From contig JAXLNO010000203.1 in assembly GCA_038087875.1 (NCBI GenBank), positions 62,001 to 100,278 on the forward strand: DNA of 38,278 bases, written 5' to 3'. Position 1 is the first letter of the stretch. Each line of letters starts with the position of its first letter. A model generated the notes under the pieces. The model made no database searches, was not told the DNA's origin, and saw only the letters and a list, made by a program, of their open reading frames with translations. Shown here piece after piece: positions 1 to 12,951 of this stretch. The translations under genes were made by a program, and so were the position numbers. Source of the DNA: Malacoraja senta (lineage: Eukaryota).

Positions 1-620
1 ACAAATCCGGCAAGGTCGCCACATTTCCGGCAAGGTCGCCATAAATCCGGCAAGGTCGCCACAAATCCAGCAGGGTCGCCACAAATGCGGCAAGGGCGCC
101 ACATTTCCGGCAAGGTCGCTACATTTCCGGCAAGGGCGCCATTAATCCGGGAATGTCGCCATAAATCCGGCAAGGTCGCCACATTCCCGGCAAGGGCGCC
201 ATAAATCCTGCAAGGTCGCCACAAATCCGGCAAGGTCGCTTCATTTCGGGCAAGGTCACCATTAATCCGGCAAGGTCGCCACAAATCCGGCAAGGTCGCC
301 ACATTTCCGGCAATGTCGCCATATTTCCGGCAAGGTCACCATAAATCCGGCAAGGTCGCCACATTTCCGGCAAGGTCGCCATAAATCCGACAAGGTCGCC
401 ACAAATCCAGCAGGGTCGCCACAAATGCGGCAAGGTCGCCACATTTCCGGCAAGGTCGCCACATTTCCGGCAAGGGCGCCATTAATCCGGGAATGTCGCC
501 ATAAATCCGGCAAGGTCGCCACATTCCCGGCAAGGGCGCCATAAATCCTGCAAGGTCGCCACAAATGCGGCAAGGTCGCCATAAATCCGGCAAGGTCGCC
601 ATATTTCCGGCAAGGTCGCC

Positions 621-819
621 ATAAATCCGGCGAGGTCGCCATATTTCCGGCGAAGTCGCCATAAATCGGGAAAGGTCGCCATAATTCCGGCGATGTCGCC
701 ATAGTTCCGGCAAAGTCTCCATAAATCCGGCAAGTTTGCCATAAATCTGCAAAGTCGCCATAACTCCGGCAAGGTCGTCGTATTTCCGACACGGTCGCCA
801 TAAATCTGGCTAGGACGCC
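621..819. repeat. Representative copy of recurrent 10-monomer cassette A (199 bp)
   Basis: Ordered variants ggcgagg / ggcgaag / aatcggg / aattccggcgatg / atagtt / aagtttgcc / 19-mer ataaatctgcaaagtcgcc / ataact..gtcgtc / gtattt..cacgg / ggctag(g/c)acgcc. The 19-mer anchor (with minor variants) recurs at about 746, 1883, 4017, 4854, 5612, 6469, 7227, 8583, 12332, 14030, 15128, 16285, 17842, 19317, 20874, 23069, 24228, 25782, 26917, 27835, 29232, 32401, 33039 and 33857. Confidence 0.9.
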
Positions 820-3800
820 ATAAATCCGGCAAGGTCGCCATAGATCCGGCAAGGTCGCCACAAATCCGGCAAGTTCGCAACATTTCGGCAAGGTCGCCAG
901 AAATCCAGCATCGTCGCCAGAAATCCGGCAAGGACGCCGCATTTCCGGCAAGGTCGCCATAAATCCGGCAAGGTCGCCACATTTCCGGCAAGGTCGCCAT
1001 AAATCCGGCAAGGTCGCCACAAATCCCACAAAGTCGCCATAAATCCGGCAAGGTCGCCACAACTCCGGCAAGGTCGCCACAATTCCGGCAAGGTCGCCAT
1101 AAATCCGGCAAGGTCGACACAAATCCGGTAAGGTCGCCACATCCCCGGCAAGGTCGCCACAAATCCGTCAAGGTCGCCACATTTCAGGCAAGGTCGCCAT
1201 AAATCGGGCAAGGTCGCCACAAATCCGTCAAGGTCGCCACATTTCCGGCAAGGTCGCCAATAATCCGAGGATTTCGCCATAAATCCGGCAAGGTCGCCAC
1301 ATTCGCGGCAAGGTCGCCATAAACCCGGCAAGGTCGCCGCAAATCCGGCAAGGTCGCCACATTCCCGACAAGGTCGCCATAAATCCGGCAAGGTCGCCAC
1401 AAATCCAGCAAGGTCGCCACAAATGCGGCAGGGTCGCCACATTTCCGGCAATGTCGCCATAAATCCGGCAAATTCGCCACAAATCCGACAAGGTCGCCAT
1501 AAATCCGGCAAGGTCGCCACATTTCCGGCAAGATCGCCATAAATCCGGCAAGGTCGCCACAAATCCGCCAAGGTCGCCACATTTCCGGAAAGGTCGCCAT
1601 AAACCCGGCAAGGTCGCCACAAATCCGGCAAGGTCACCACATTTCCGGCAATGTCGCCATATTTCCGGCAAGGTCACCATAATCCGGCAAGGTCGCCACA
1701 AATACGGCAAGGTCGCCATAAATCCGGCAAGGTCGCCATATTTCCGGCAAGGTCGCCATAAATCCGGCGAGGTCGCCATATTTCCGGCGAGGTCGCCATA
1801 AATCGGGCAAGGTCGCCATAATTCCGGCGATGTCGCCATAGTTCCGGCAAAGTCGCCATTAATCCGGCAAGTTTGCCATAAATCTGCAAAGTTGCCATAA
1901 CTCCGGCAAGGTCGTCGTATTTACGGCACGGTCGCCATAAATCCGGCTAGCACGCCATAAATCCGGCAAGGTCGCCATATTTCCGGCAAGGTCGCGTCAA
2001 ATCCGGCAAGGTCGCCACATTTCCGGCAAGGTCGCCATATTTCCGGCAAGGTCGCGACAAATCCGGCAAGTTCGGAACATTTCGGCAAGGTCGCCATAAA
2101 TCCAGCATCGTCGCCATAAATCCGGCTAGGAAGCCACATTTCCGGCAAGGTCGCCATAAATCCGGCAAGGTCGCCACAAATCCGGCAAGGTCGCCACATT
2201 TCCGGCAAGGTCGCCATAAATCCGGCAAGGTCGCCACAAATCCAGCAGGGTCGCCACAAATGCGGCAAGGTCGCCACATTTCCGGCAAGGTCGCCATAAA
2301 TCCGGCAAGGTCGCCACAAATCCGGCAAGGTCGCCATAAATCCGGCAAGGTCGCCACAAATCCGGCAAGGTCGCCACATTTCCGGCAAGGTCGCCATAAA
2401 TCCGGCAAGGTCGCCACAAATCCAGCGGGGTCGCCACAAATGCGGCAAGGTCGCCACATTTCTGCCAACGTCGCCACATTTCCGGCAAGGGCGCCATTAA
2501 TCCGGGAATGTCGCCATAAATCCGGCAAGGTCGCCACATTCCCGGCAAGGTCACCATGAATCCTGCAAGGTCGCCACAAATCCGGCAAGGTCGCCACATT
2601 TCAGGCAAGGTCGCCATAAATCCGGCAAGGTCGCCACAAATCCGGCAAGGTCGCCACATTTCCGGCAATGTCGCCTTATTTCCGGCACGGTCGCCATAAA
2701 TCCGGCTAGAACGCCATAAATCCGGCAAGGTCGCCATATTTCCGGCAATGTCGCGTCAAATCCGGCAAGGTCGCCACATTTCCGGCAAGGTCGCCATAGA
2801 TCCGGCAAGGTCGCCACAAATCCGGCAAGTTCGCAACATTTCGGCAAGGTCGCCAGAAATCCAGCATCGTCGCCAGAAATCCGGCAAGGACGCCACATTT
2901 CCGGCAATGTCGCCCCAAATCCGGCAAGTTCGCAACATTTCGGCAGGTCGCCAGAAATCCAGCATCATCGCCAGAAATCCGGCAAGGACGCCACATTTCC
3001 GGCAAGGTCGCCATGAATCCGGCAAGATCGCCACAATTCCGGCAAGGTCGCCACAATTCCGGCAATGTCGCCATAAATCCGGCAAGGTCGACACAAATCC
3101 GGTAAGGTCGCCACATCCCCGGCAAGGTCGCCACAAATCCGTCAAGGTCGCCACATTTCAGACAAGGTCGCCATAAATCGGGCAAAGTCGCCACAAATCT
3201 GGCAAGGTCGCCACATTTCCGGCAAGGTCGCCATTAATCCGGGAATTTCGCCATAAATCCGGTAAGGTCGCCACATTCCCGGCAAGGTCGCCATAAATCC
3301 GGCAAGGTCGCCGCAAATACGGCAAGGTCGCCACATTTCCGGCAAGGTCGCCATAAATCCGGCAAGGTCGCCACAAATGCGGCAAGGTCGCCACATTTCC
3401 GGCAATGTCGCCATAAATCCGGCAAGTTCGCCACAAATCCGACAAGGTCGCCATAAATCCGGCAAGGTCGCCATATTTCCGGCAAGATCGCCATAAATCC
3501 GGCAAGGTCGCCACAAATCCGCCAAAATCGCCACATTTCCGGCAAGGTCGCCATAAACCCGGCAAGGTCGCCACAAATCCGGCAAGGTCACCACATTTCC
3601 GGCAAGGTCGCCACATTTCCGGCAAGGTCGCCATTAATCCGGGAATGTCGCCATAAATCCGGCAAGGTCGCCACATTCCTGGCAAGGTCGCCACAAATCC
3701 GGCAGGTCGCCACATTTCCGGCAAGGTCGCCATAAATCCGGCAAGGTCACTACAAATCCGGCAAGGTCGCCACATTTCCGGCAATGTCGCCATATTTCCG

Positions 3801-4693
3801 GCAAGGTCACCATAAATCCGGCAAGGTCGCCACAAATGCGGCAAGGTCACCATAAATCCGGCAAGGTCGCCATATTTCCGGCAAGGTCGCCATAAATCCG
3901 GCGAGGTCGCCATATTTCCGGCGAGGTCGCCATAAATCGGGCAAGGTCGCCATAATATCGGCGATGTCGCCATAGTTCCGGCAAAGTCCCCATTAATCCG
4001 GCAAGTTTGCCATAAATCTGCAAAATCGCCATAACTCCGGCAAGGTCGTCGTATTTCCGGCACGGCCGCCATAAATCCGGCTAGCACGCCATATATCCGG
4101 CAAGGTCGCCATATTTCCGGCAAGTACGCGTCAAATCCGGCAAGGTCGCCACATTTCCGGGAAGGTCGCCATAGATCCGGCAAGGTCGCCACAAATCCGG
4201 CAAGTTCGCAACATTTCGGCAAGGTCGCCATAAATCAGGCATCGTCGCCATAAATCCGGCTAGGAAGCCACATTTCCGGCAAGGTCGCCAAAAATCCGGC
4301 AAGGTCGCCACAAATCCGGCAAGGTCGCCACATTTCCGGCAAGGTCGCCATAAATCCGGCAAGGTCGCCACAAATCCAGCAGGGTCGCCACAAATGCGGC
4401 AAGGTTGCCACATTTCCGGCAAGGTCGCCACATTACGGCAAGGGCGCCATTAATCCGGGAATGTCGCCATAAATCCGGCAAGGTCGCCACATTCCCGGCA
4501 AGGTCGCCATAAATCCTGCAAGGTCGCCATAAATTCGGCAAGGTCGCCACATTTCCGGCAAGGTCGCCATAAATCCGGCAATGTCGCCACAAATCCCGCA
4601 AGGTCGCCACATTTCCCGCAATGTCGCCATATTTCCGGCAAGGTCACCATAAATCCGGCAAGGTCGCCACAAATGCGGCAAGGTCTCCATAAG

Positions 4694-7600
4694 TCCGGCA
4701 AGGTCGCCATATTTCCGGCAAGGTCGCCATAAATCCGGCGAGGTCGCCATATTTCCGGCGAGGTCGCCATAAATCGGGTAAGGTCGCCATAATTACGGCG
4801 ATGTCGCCATAGTTCCTGCAAAGTCCCCATTAATCCGGCAAGTTTGCCATAAATCTGCAAAGTCGCCATAACTCCGGCAAGGTCGTCGTATTTCAGGCAC
4901 GGTCGCCATAAATCCGGCTAGCACGCCATAAATCCGGCAACGTCGACATATTTCCGGCAAGGTCGCGTCAAATCCGGCAAGGTCGCCACATTTCCGGCAA
5001 GGTCGCCATATTTCCGGCAAGGTCGCCAGAAATCCGGCAAGTTCGCAACATTTCGGCAAGGTCGCCAGAAATCCGGCATCGTCGCCATAAATCCGGCTAG
5101 GAAGCCACATTTCCGGCAAGGTCGCCATAAATCCGGCAAGGTCGCCACAAATCCGGCAAGGTCGCCACATTTCCGGCAAAGTCGCCATAAATCCGGCAAG
5201 GTCGCCACAAATCCAGGAGGGTCGCCACAAATGCGGCAAGGTCGCCACATTTCCGGCAAGGTCGCCACATTTCCGGCAAGGGCGCCATTAATCCGGGAAT
5301 GTCGCCATAAATCCGGCTAGTTCGCCACATTCCCGGCAAGGTCGCCGTAAATCCTGCAAGGTCGCCACAAATCCGGCAAGGTCGCCACATTTCCGGCAAG
5401 GTCACCATAAATCCGGCAAGGTCGCCACAAATGCGGCAAGGTCGCCATAAATCCGGCAAGGTCGCCATATTTCCGGCAAGGTCGCCATAAATCCGGCGAG
5501 GTCGCCATATTTCCGGCGAAGTCGCCATAAATCGGGCAAGGTCGCCATAGTTCCGGCGATGTCGCCATAGTTCCGGCAAAGTCGCCATAAATCCGGCAAG
5601 TTTGCCATAAATCTGCAAAGTCGCCATAACTCCGGCAATGTCGTCGTATTTCCGGCACGGTCGCCATAAATCCGGCTAGGACGCCATAAATCCGGCAAGG
5701 TCGCCATATTTCCGGCAAGGTCGCGTCAAATCCGGCAAGGTCGCCACATTTCCGGCAAGGTCGCCAAAGATCCGGCAAGGTCGCCACAAATCCGGCAAGT
5801 TCGCAACATTTCGGCAAGGTCGCCAGAAATCCAGCATCGTCGCCACAAATCCGTCAAGGTCGCCACATTTCAGGCAAGGTCGCCATAAATCGGGCAAGGT
5901 CGCCACAAATCCGGCAAGGTCGCCACATTTCCGGCAAGGTCGCCATTAATCCGGGAATTTCGCCATAAATCCGGCAAGGTCGCCGCATTCCCGGCAAGGT
6001 CGCCATAAATCCGGGAAGGTCGCCGCAAATCCGGCAAGGTCGCCACATTTCCGGCAAGGTCGCCATAAACCGGCAAGGTCGCCACAAATCCAGCAAGGTC
6101 GCCACAAATGCGGCAAGCTCGCCACATTACCGGCAATGTCGCCATAAATGCGGCAAGTTCGCCACAAATCCGACAAGATCGCCATAAATCCGGCAAGGTC
6201 GCCACATTTCCGGCAAGATCGCTATAAATCCGGCAAGGTCGCCACAAATCCGCCAAGGTCGCCACATTTCCGGAAAGGTCGCCATAAATCCGGCTAGCAC
6301 GCAATAAATCCGGCAAGGTCGCCATATTTCCGGCAAGGTCGCCATAAATCCGGCGAGGTCGCCATATTTCCGGCGAGGTCGCCATAAATCGGGTAAGGTC
6401 GCCATAATTACGGCGATGTCGCCATAGTTCCTGCAAAGTCCCCATTAATCCGGCAAGTTTGCCATAAATCTGCAAAGTCGCCATAACTCCGGCAAGGTCG
6501 TCGTATTTCAGGCACGGTCGCCATAAATCCGGCTAGCACGCCATAAATCCGGCAACGTCGACATATTTCCGGCAAGGTCGCGTCAAATCCGGCAAGGTCG
6601 CCACATTTCCGGCAAGGTCGCCATATTTCCGGCAAGGTCGCCAGAAATCCGGCAAGTTCGCAACATTTCGGCAAGGTCGCCAGAAATCCGGCATCGTCGC
6701 CATAAATCCGGCTAGGAAGCCACATTTCCGGCAAGGTCGCCATAAATCCGGCAAGGTCGCCACAAATCCGGCAAGGTCGCCACATTTCCGGCAAAGTCGC
6801 CATAAATCCGGCAAGGTCGCCACAAATCCAGGAGGGTCGCCACAAATGCGGCAAGGTCGCCACATTTCCGGCAAGGTCGCCACATTTCCGGCAAGGGCGC
6901 CATTAATCCGGGAATGTCGCCATAAATCCGGCTAGTTCGCCACATTCCCGGCAAGGTCGCCGTAAATCCTGCAAGGTCGCCACAAATCCGGCAAGGTCGC
7001 CACATTTCCGGCAAGGTCACCATAAATCCGGCAAGGTCGCCACAAATGCGGCAAGGTCGCCATAAATCCGGCAAGGTCGCCATATTTCCGGCAAGGTCGC
7101 CATAAATCCGGCGAGGTCGCCATATTTCCGGCGAAGTCGCCATAAATCGGGCAAGGTCGCCATAGTTCCGGCGATGTCGCCATAGTTCCGGCAAAGTCGC
7201 CATAAATCCGGCAAGTTTGCCATAAATCTGCAAAGTCGCCATAACTCCGGCAATGTCGTCGTATTTCCGGCACGGTCGCCATAAATCCGGCTAGGACGCC
7301 ATAAATCCGGCAAGGTCGCCATATTTCCGGCAAGGTCGCGTCAAATCCGGCAAGGTCGCCACATTTCCGGCAAGGTCGCCAAAGATCCGGCAAGGTCGCC
7401 ACAAATCCGGCAAGTTCGCAACATTTCGGCAAGGTCGCCAGAAATCCAGCATCGTCGCCACAAATCCGTCAAGGTCGCCACATTTCAGGCAAGGTCGCCA
7501 TAAATCGGGCAAGGTCGCCACAAATCCGGCAAGGTCGCCACATTTCCGGCAAGGTCGCCATTAATCCCGGAATTTCGCCATAAATCCGGCAAGGTCGCCG

Positions 7601-7957
7601 CATTCCCGGCAAGGTCGCCATAAATCCGGGAAGGTCGCCGCAAATCCGGCAAGGTCGCCACATTTCCGGCAAGGTCGCCATAAACCGGCAAGGTCGCCAC
7701 AAATCCAGCAAGGTCGCCACAAATGCGGCAAGCTCGCCACATTACCGGCAATGTCGCCATAAATGCGGCAAGTTCGCCACAAATCCGACAAGATCGCCAT
7801 AAATCCGGCAAGGTCGCCACATTTCCGGCAAGATCGCTATAAATCCGGCAAGGTCGCCACAAATCCGCCAAGGTCGCCACATTTCCGGAAAGGTCGCCAT
7901 AAATCCGGCTAGCACGCAATAAATCCGGCAAGGTCGCCATATTTCCGGCAAGGTCGC
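4694..7957. repeat. Tandem duplication with 1615-bp period (4694-6342 matches 6309-7957)
   Basis: Identical ORF translations at offset 1615 (4793..5248 vs 6408..6863; 5854..6105 vs 7469..7720). Rare variants are shared (aatcgggtaagg, ccaggaggg, tagcacgcaat). 1615 = 81 monomers including five 19-mers. Confidence 0.93.
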
Positions 7958-8210
7958 GTCAAATCCGGCAAGGTCGCCACATTTCCGGCATGGTCGCCAG
8001 AGATCCGGCAAGGTCGCCACAAATCCGGCAAGTTCGCAACATTTCGGCAAGGTCGCCAGAAATCCGGCATCGTCGCCAGAAATCCGGCAAGGAAGCCACA
8101 TTTCCGGCAAGGTCGCCATAAATCCGGCAAGGTCGCCACAAATCCGGCAAGGTGGCCACATTTCCGGCAACGTCGCCATAAATCCGGCAAGGTCGCCACA
8201 AATCCAGCAG

Positions 8211-9120
8211 GGTCGCCACATTTCCGGCAAGGTCGCCACATTTCCGGCAAGGGCGCCATTAATCCGGGAATGTCGCCATATATCCGGCTAGGTCGCCACA
8301 TTCCCGGCAAGGTCGCCGTAAATCCTGCAAGGTCGCCACAAATCCGGCAAGGTCGCCACATTTCCGGCAAGGTCACCATAAATCCGGCAAGGTCGCCACA
8401 AATGCGGCAAGGTCGCCATAAATCCGGCAAGGTCGCCATATTTCCGGCAAGGTCGCCATAAATCCGGCGAGGTCGCCATATTTCCGGCGAAGTCGCCATA
8501 AATCGGGCAAGGTCGCCATAGTTCCGGCGATGTCGCCATAGTTCCGGCAAAGTCGCCATAAATCCGGCAAGTTTGCCATAAATCTGCAAAGTCGCCATAA
8601 CTCCGGCAAGGTCGTCGTATTTCCGGCACGGTCGCCATAAATCCGGCTAGGACGCCATAAATCCGGCAAGGTCGCCATATTTCCGGCAAGGTCGCGTCAA
8701 ATCCGGCAAGGTCGCCACATTTCCGGCAAGGTCGCCAAAGATCCGGCAAGGTCGCCACAAATCCGGCAAGTTCGCAACATTTCGGCAAGGTCGCCAGAAA
8801 TCCAGCATCGTCGCCACAAATCCGTCAAGGTCGCCACATTTCAGGCAAGGTCGCCATAAATCGGGCAAGGTCGCCACAAATCCGGCAAGGTCGCCACATT
8901 TCCGGCAAGGTCGCCATTAATCCGGGAATTTCGCCATAAATCCGGCAAGGTCGCCACATTCCCGGCAAGGTCGCCATAAATCCGGGAAGGTCGCCGCAAA
9001 TCCGGCATGGTCGCCACATTTCCGGCAAGGTCGCCATAAACCGGCAAGGTCGCCACAAATCCAGCAAGGTCGCCACAAATGCGGCAAGCTCGCCACATTA
9101 CCGGCAATGTCGCCATAAAT
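8211..9120. repeat. Third copy of a ~900-bp block (also 5240-6150 and 6855-7765)
   Basis: Offset 1356 from the second copy (ORFs 6932..7432 vs 8288..8788; 7291..7521 vs 8647..8877), with a few substitutions. Confidence 0.85.
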
Positions 9121-12100
9121 CCGGCAAGGTCGCCACATTTCCGGCAAGATCGCTATAAATCCGGCAAGGTCGCCACAAATCCGCCAAGGTCGCCACATTT
9201 CCGGAAAGGTCGCCATAAATCCGGCTAGCACGCCATATTTCCGGCAAGGTCGCGTCAAATCCGGCAAGGTCGCCACATTTCCGGCATGGTCGCCAGAGAT
9301 CCGGCAAGGTCGCCACAAATCCGGCAAGGGCGCCATTAATCCGGGAATGTCGCCATAAATCCGGCAAGGTCGCCACATACCCGGCAAGGTCGCCATAAAT
9401 CCTGCAAGGTCGCCACAAATCCGGCAAGTTCGCAACATTTCGGCAAGGTCGACAGAAATCCAGCATCGTCGCCACAAATCCGTCAAGGTCGCCACATTTC
9501 AGGCAAGGTCGCCATAAATCGGGCAAGGTCGCCACAAATCCGGCAAGGTCGCCACATTTCCGGCAAGGTCGCCATTAATCCGGGAATTTCGCAATAAATC
9601 CGGCAAGGTCGCCACATTCCCGGCAAGGTCGCCATAAATCCGGGAAGGTCGCCGCAAATCCGGCAAGGTCGCCACATTTCCGGCAAGGTCGCCATAAACC
9701 GGCAAGGTCGCCACAAATCCAGCAAGGTCGCCACAAATGCGGCAAGCTCGCCACATTACCGACAATGTCGCCATAAATCCGGCAAGTTCGCCACAAATCC
9801 GACAAGATCGCCATAAATCCGGCAAGGTCGCCACATTTCCGGCAAGATCGTCATAAATCCGGCAAGGTCGCCACAAATCCGCCAAGGTCGCCACATTTCC
9901 GGAAAGGTCGCCATAAATCCGGCTAGCACGCCATAAATCCGGCAAGGTCGCCATATTTCCGGCAAGGTCGCGTCATATCCGGCAAGGTCGCCACATTTCC
10001 GGCATGGTCGCCAGAGATCCGGCAAGGTCGCCACAAATCCGCAAGTTCGCAACATTTCGGCAAGGTCGCCAGAAATCCGGCATCGTCGCCAGAAATCCGG
10101 CAAGGAAGCCACATTTCCGGCAAGGTCGCCATAAATCCGGCAAGGTCGCCACAAATCCGGCAAGGTGGCCACATTTCCGGCAACGTCGCCATAAATCCGG
10201 CAAGGTCGCCACAAATCCAGCAGGGTCGCCACATTTCCGGCAAGGTCGCCACATTTCCGGCAAGGGCGCCATTAATCCGGGAATGTCGCCATAAATCCGG
10301 CAAGGTCGCCACATACCCGGCAAGGTCGCCATAAATCCTGCAAGGTCGCCAGAAATCCGGCAAGTTCGCAACATTTCGGCAAGGTCGCCAGAAATCCAGC
10401 ATCGTCGCCACAAATCCGTCAAGGTCGCCACATTTCAGGCAAGGTCGCCATAAATCGGGCAAGGTCGCCACAAATCCGGCAAGGTCGCCACATTTCCGGC
10501 AAGGTCGCCATTAATCCGGGAATTTCGCCATAAATCCGGCAAGGTCGCCACATTCCCGGCAAGGTCGCCATAAATCCGGGAAGGTCGCCGCAAATCCGGC
10601 AAGGTCGCCACGTTTCCGGCAAGGTCGCCATAAACCGGCAAGGTCGCCACAAATCCAGCAAGGTCGCCACAAATGCGGCAAGCTCGCCACATTACCGGCC
10701 AATGTCGCCATAAATCCGGCAAGTTCGCCACAAATCCGTCAAGATCGCCATAAATCCGGCAAGGTCGCCACATTTCCGGCAAGATCGCCATAAATCCGGC
10801 AAGGTCGCCACAAATCCGCCAAGGTCGCCACATTTCCGGAAAGGTCGCCATAAATCCGGCTAGCACGCCATAAATCCGGCAAGGTCGCCATATTTCCGGC
10901 AAGGTCGCGTCAAATCCGGCAAGGTCGCCACATTTCCGGCATGGTCGCCAGAGATCCGGCAAGGTCGCCACAAATCCGGCAAGTTCGCAACATTTCGGCA
11001 AGGTCGCCAGAAATCCGGCATCGTCGCCAGAAATCCGGCAAGGAAGCCACATTTCCGGCAAGGTCGCCATAAATCCGGCAAGGTCGCCACAAATCAGGCA
11101 AGGTGGCCACATTTCCGGCAACGTCGCCATAAATCCGGCAAGGTCGCCACAAATCCAGCAGGGTCGCCACATTTCCGGCAAGGTCGCCACATTTCCGGCA
11201 AGGGCGCCATTAATCCGGGAATGTCGCCATAAATCCGGCAAGGTCGCCACATACCCGGCAAGGTCGCCATAAATCCTGCAAGGTCGCCACAAATCCGGCA
11301 AGGACGCCACATTTCCGGCAAGGTCGCCATAAAATCCGGCAAGGTCGCCACAAATCCGGCGAGGTCGCCTCATTTCCGGCAATGTCGCCATATTTCCGGC
11401 AAGGTCAGCATAAATCCGGCAAGGTCGCCACAAATGCGGCAAGGTCGCCATAAATCCGGCAAGGTCGCCATATATCCGGCAAGGTCGCCATAAATCCGGC
11501 AAGGTCGCCACATTTCCGGCAAGGTCGCCATAAATCCGGCAAGGTCTCCACAAATGCGGCAAGATCGCCATAAATCCGGTAAGGTGGCCATATTTACGGC
11601 AAGGTCGCCATAAATCCGGCGAGGTCGCCATATTTCCGGCGAGTTCGCCATAAATCCGGCAAGGTCGCCACAAATCCGGCAAGTTCGCAACATTTCGGCA
11701 AGGTCGCCAGAATTCCGGCATCGTCGCCAGAAATCCGGCAAGGAAGCCACATTTCCGGCAAGGTCGCCATAAATCCGCAAGGTCGCCACAAATCCGGCAA
11801 GGTCGCCACATTTCCGGCAAGGTCGCCATAAATCCGGCAAGGTCGCCACAAATCCAGCAGGTCGCCACAAATGCGGCAAGGTCGCCACATTTCCGGCAAG
11901 GTCGCCACATTTCCGGCAAGGGCGCCATTAATCCGGGAATGTCTCCATAAATCCGGCAAGGTCGCCACATTCCCGGCAAGGTCGCCATAAATCCTGCAAG
12001 GTCGCCACAAATACGGCAAGGTCGCCACATTTCCGGCAAGGTCGCCATAAATCCGGCAAGGTCGCCACAAATCCGGCAAGGTCGCCACATTTCCGGCAAT

Positions 12101-12951
12101 GTCGCCATATTTCCGGCAAGGTCACCATAAATCCGGCAAGGTCGCCACAAATGCGGCAAGGTCGCCATAAATTCGGCAAGGTCGCCATATTTCCGGCAAG
12201 GTCGCCATAAATCCGGCGAGGTCGCCATATTTCCGGCGAAGTCGCCATAAATCGGGCAAGGTCGCCATAATTGCGGCGATGTCGCCATAGTTCCGGCAAA
12301 GTCGCCATAAATCCGGCAAGTTTGCCATAAATCTGCAAAGTCGCCATAACTCCGGCAAGGTCGTCGTATTTCCGGCACGGTCGCCATAAAACCGGCTAGG
12401 GACGCCATAAATCCGGCAAGGTCGCCATATTTCCGGCAAGGTCGCGTCAAATCCGGCAAGGTCGCCACATTTCCGGCAAGGTCGCCAAAGATCCGGCAAG
12501 GTCGCCACAAATCCGGCAAGTTCGCAACATTTCGGCAAGGTCGCCAGAAATCCAGCATCGTCGCCTGAAATCCGGCAAGGACGCCACATTTCCGGCAAGG
12601 TCGCCTTGAATCCGGCAAGGTCGCCACATTTCCGGCAAGGTCGCCATAAATCCGGCAAGGTCGCCACAAATCCCACAAAGTCGCCATAAATCCGGCAAGG
12701 TCGCCACAATTCCGGCAAGGTCGCCACAATTCCGGCAATGTCGCCATAAATCCGGCAAGGTCGACACAAATCCGGTAAGGTCGCCACATCCCCGGCAAGG
12801 TCGCCACAAATCCGTCAAGGTCGCCACATTTCAGGCAAGGTCGCCATAAATCGGGCAAGGTCGCCACAAATCCGGCAAGGTCGCCACATTTCCGGCAAGG
12901 TCGCCATTAATCCGGGAATTTCGCCATAAATCCGGCAAGGTCGCGACATTC

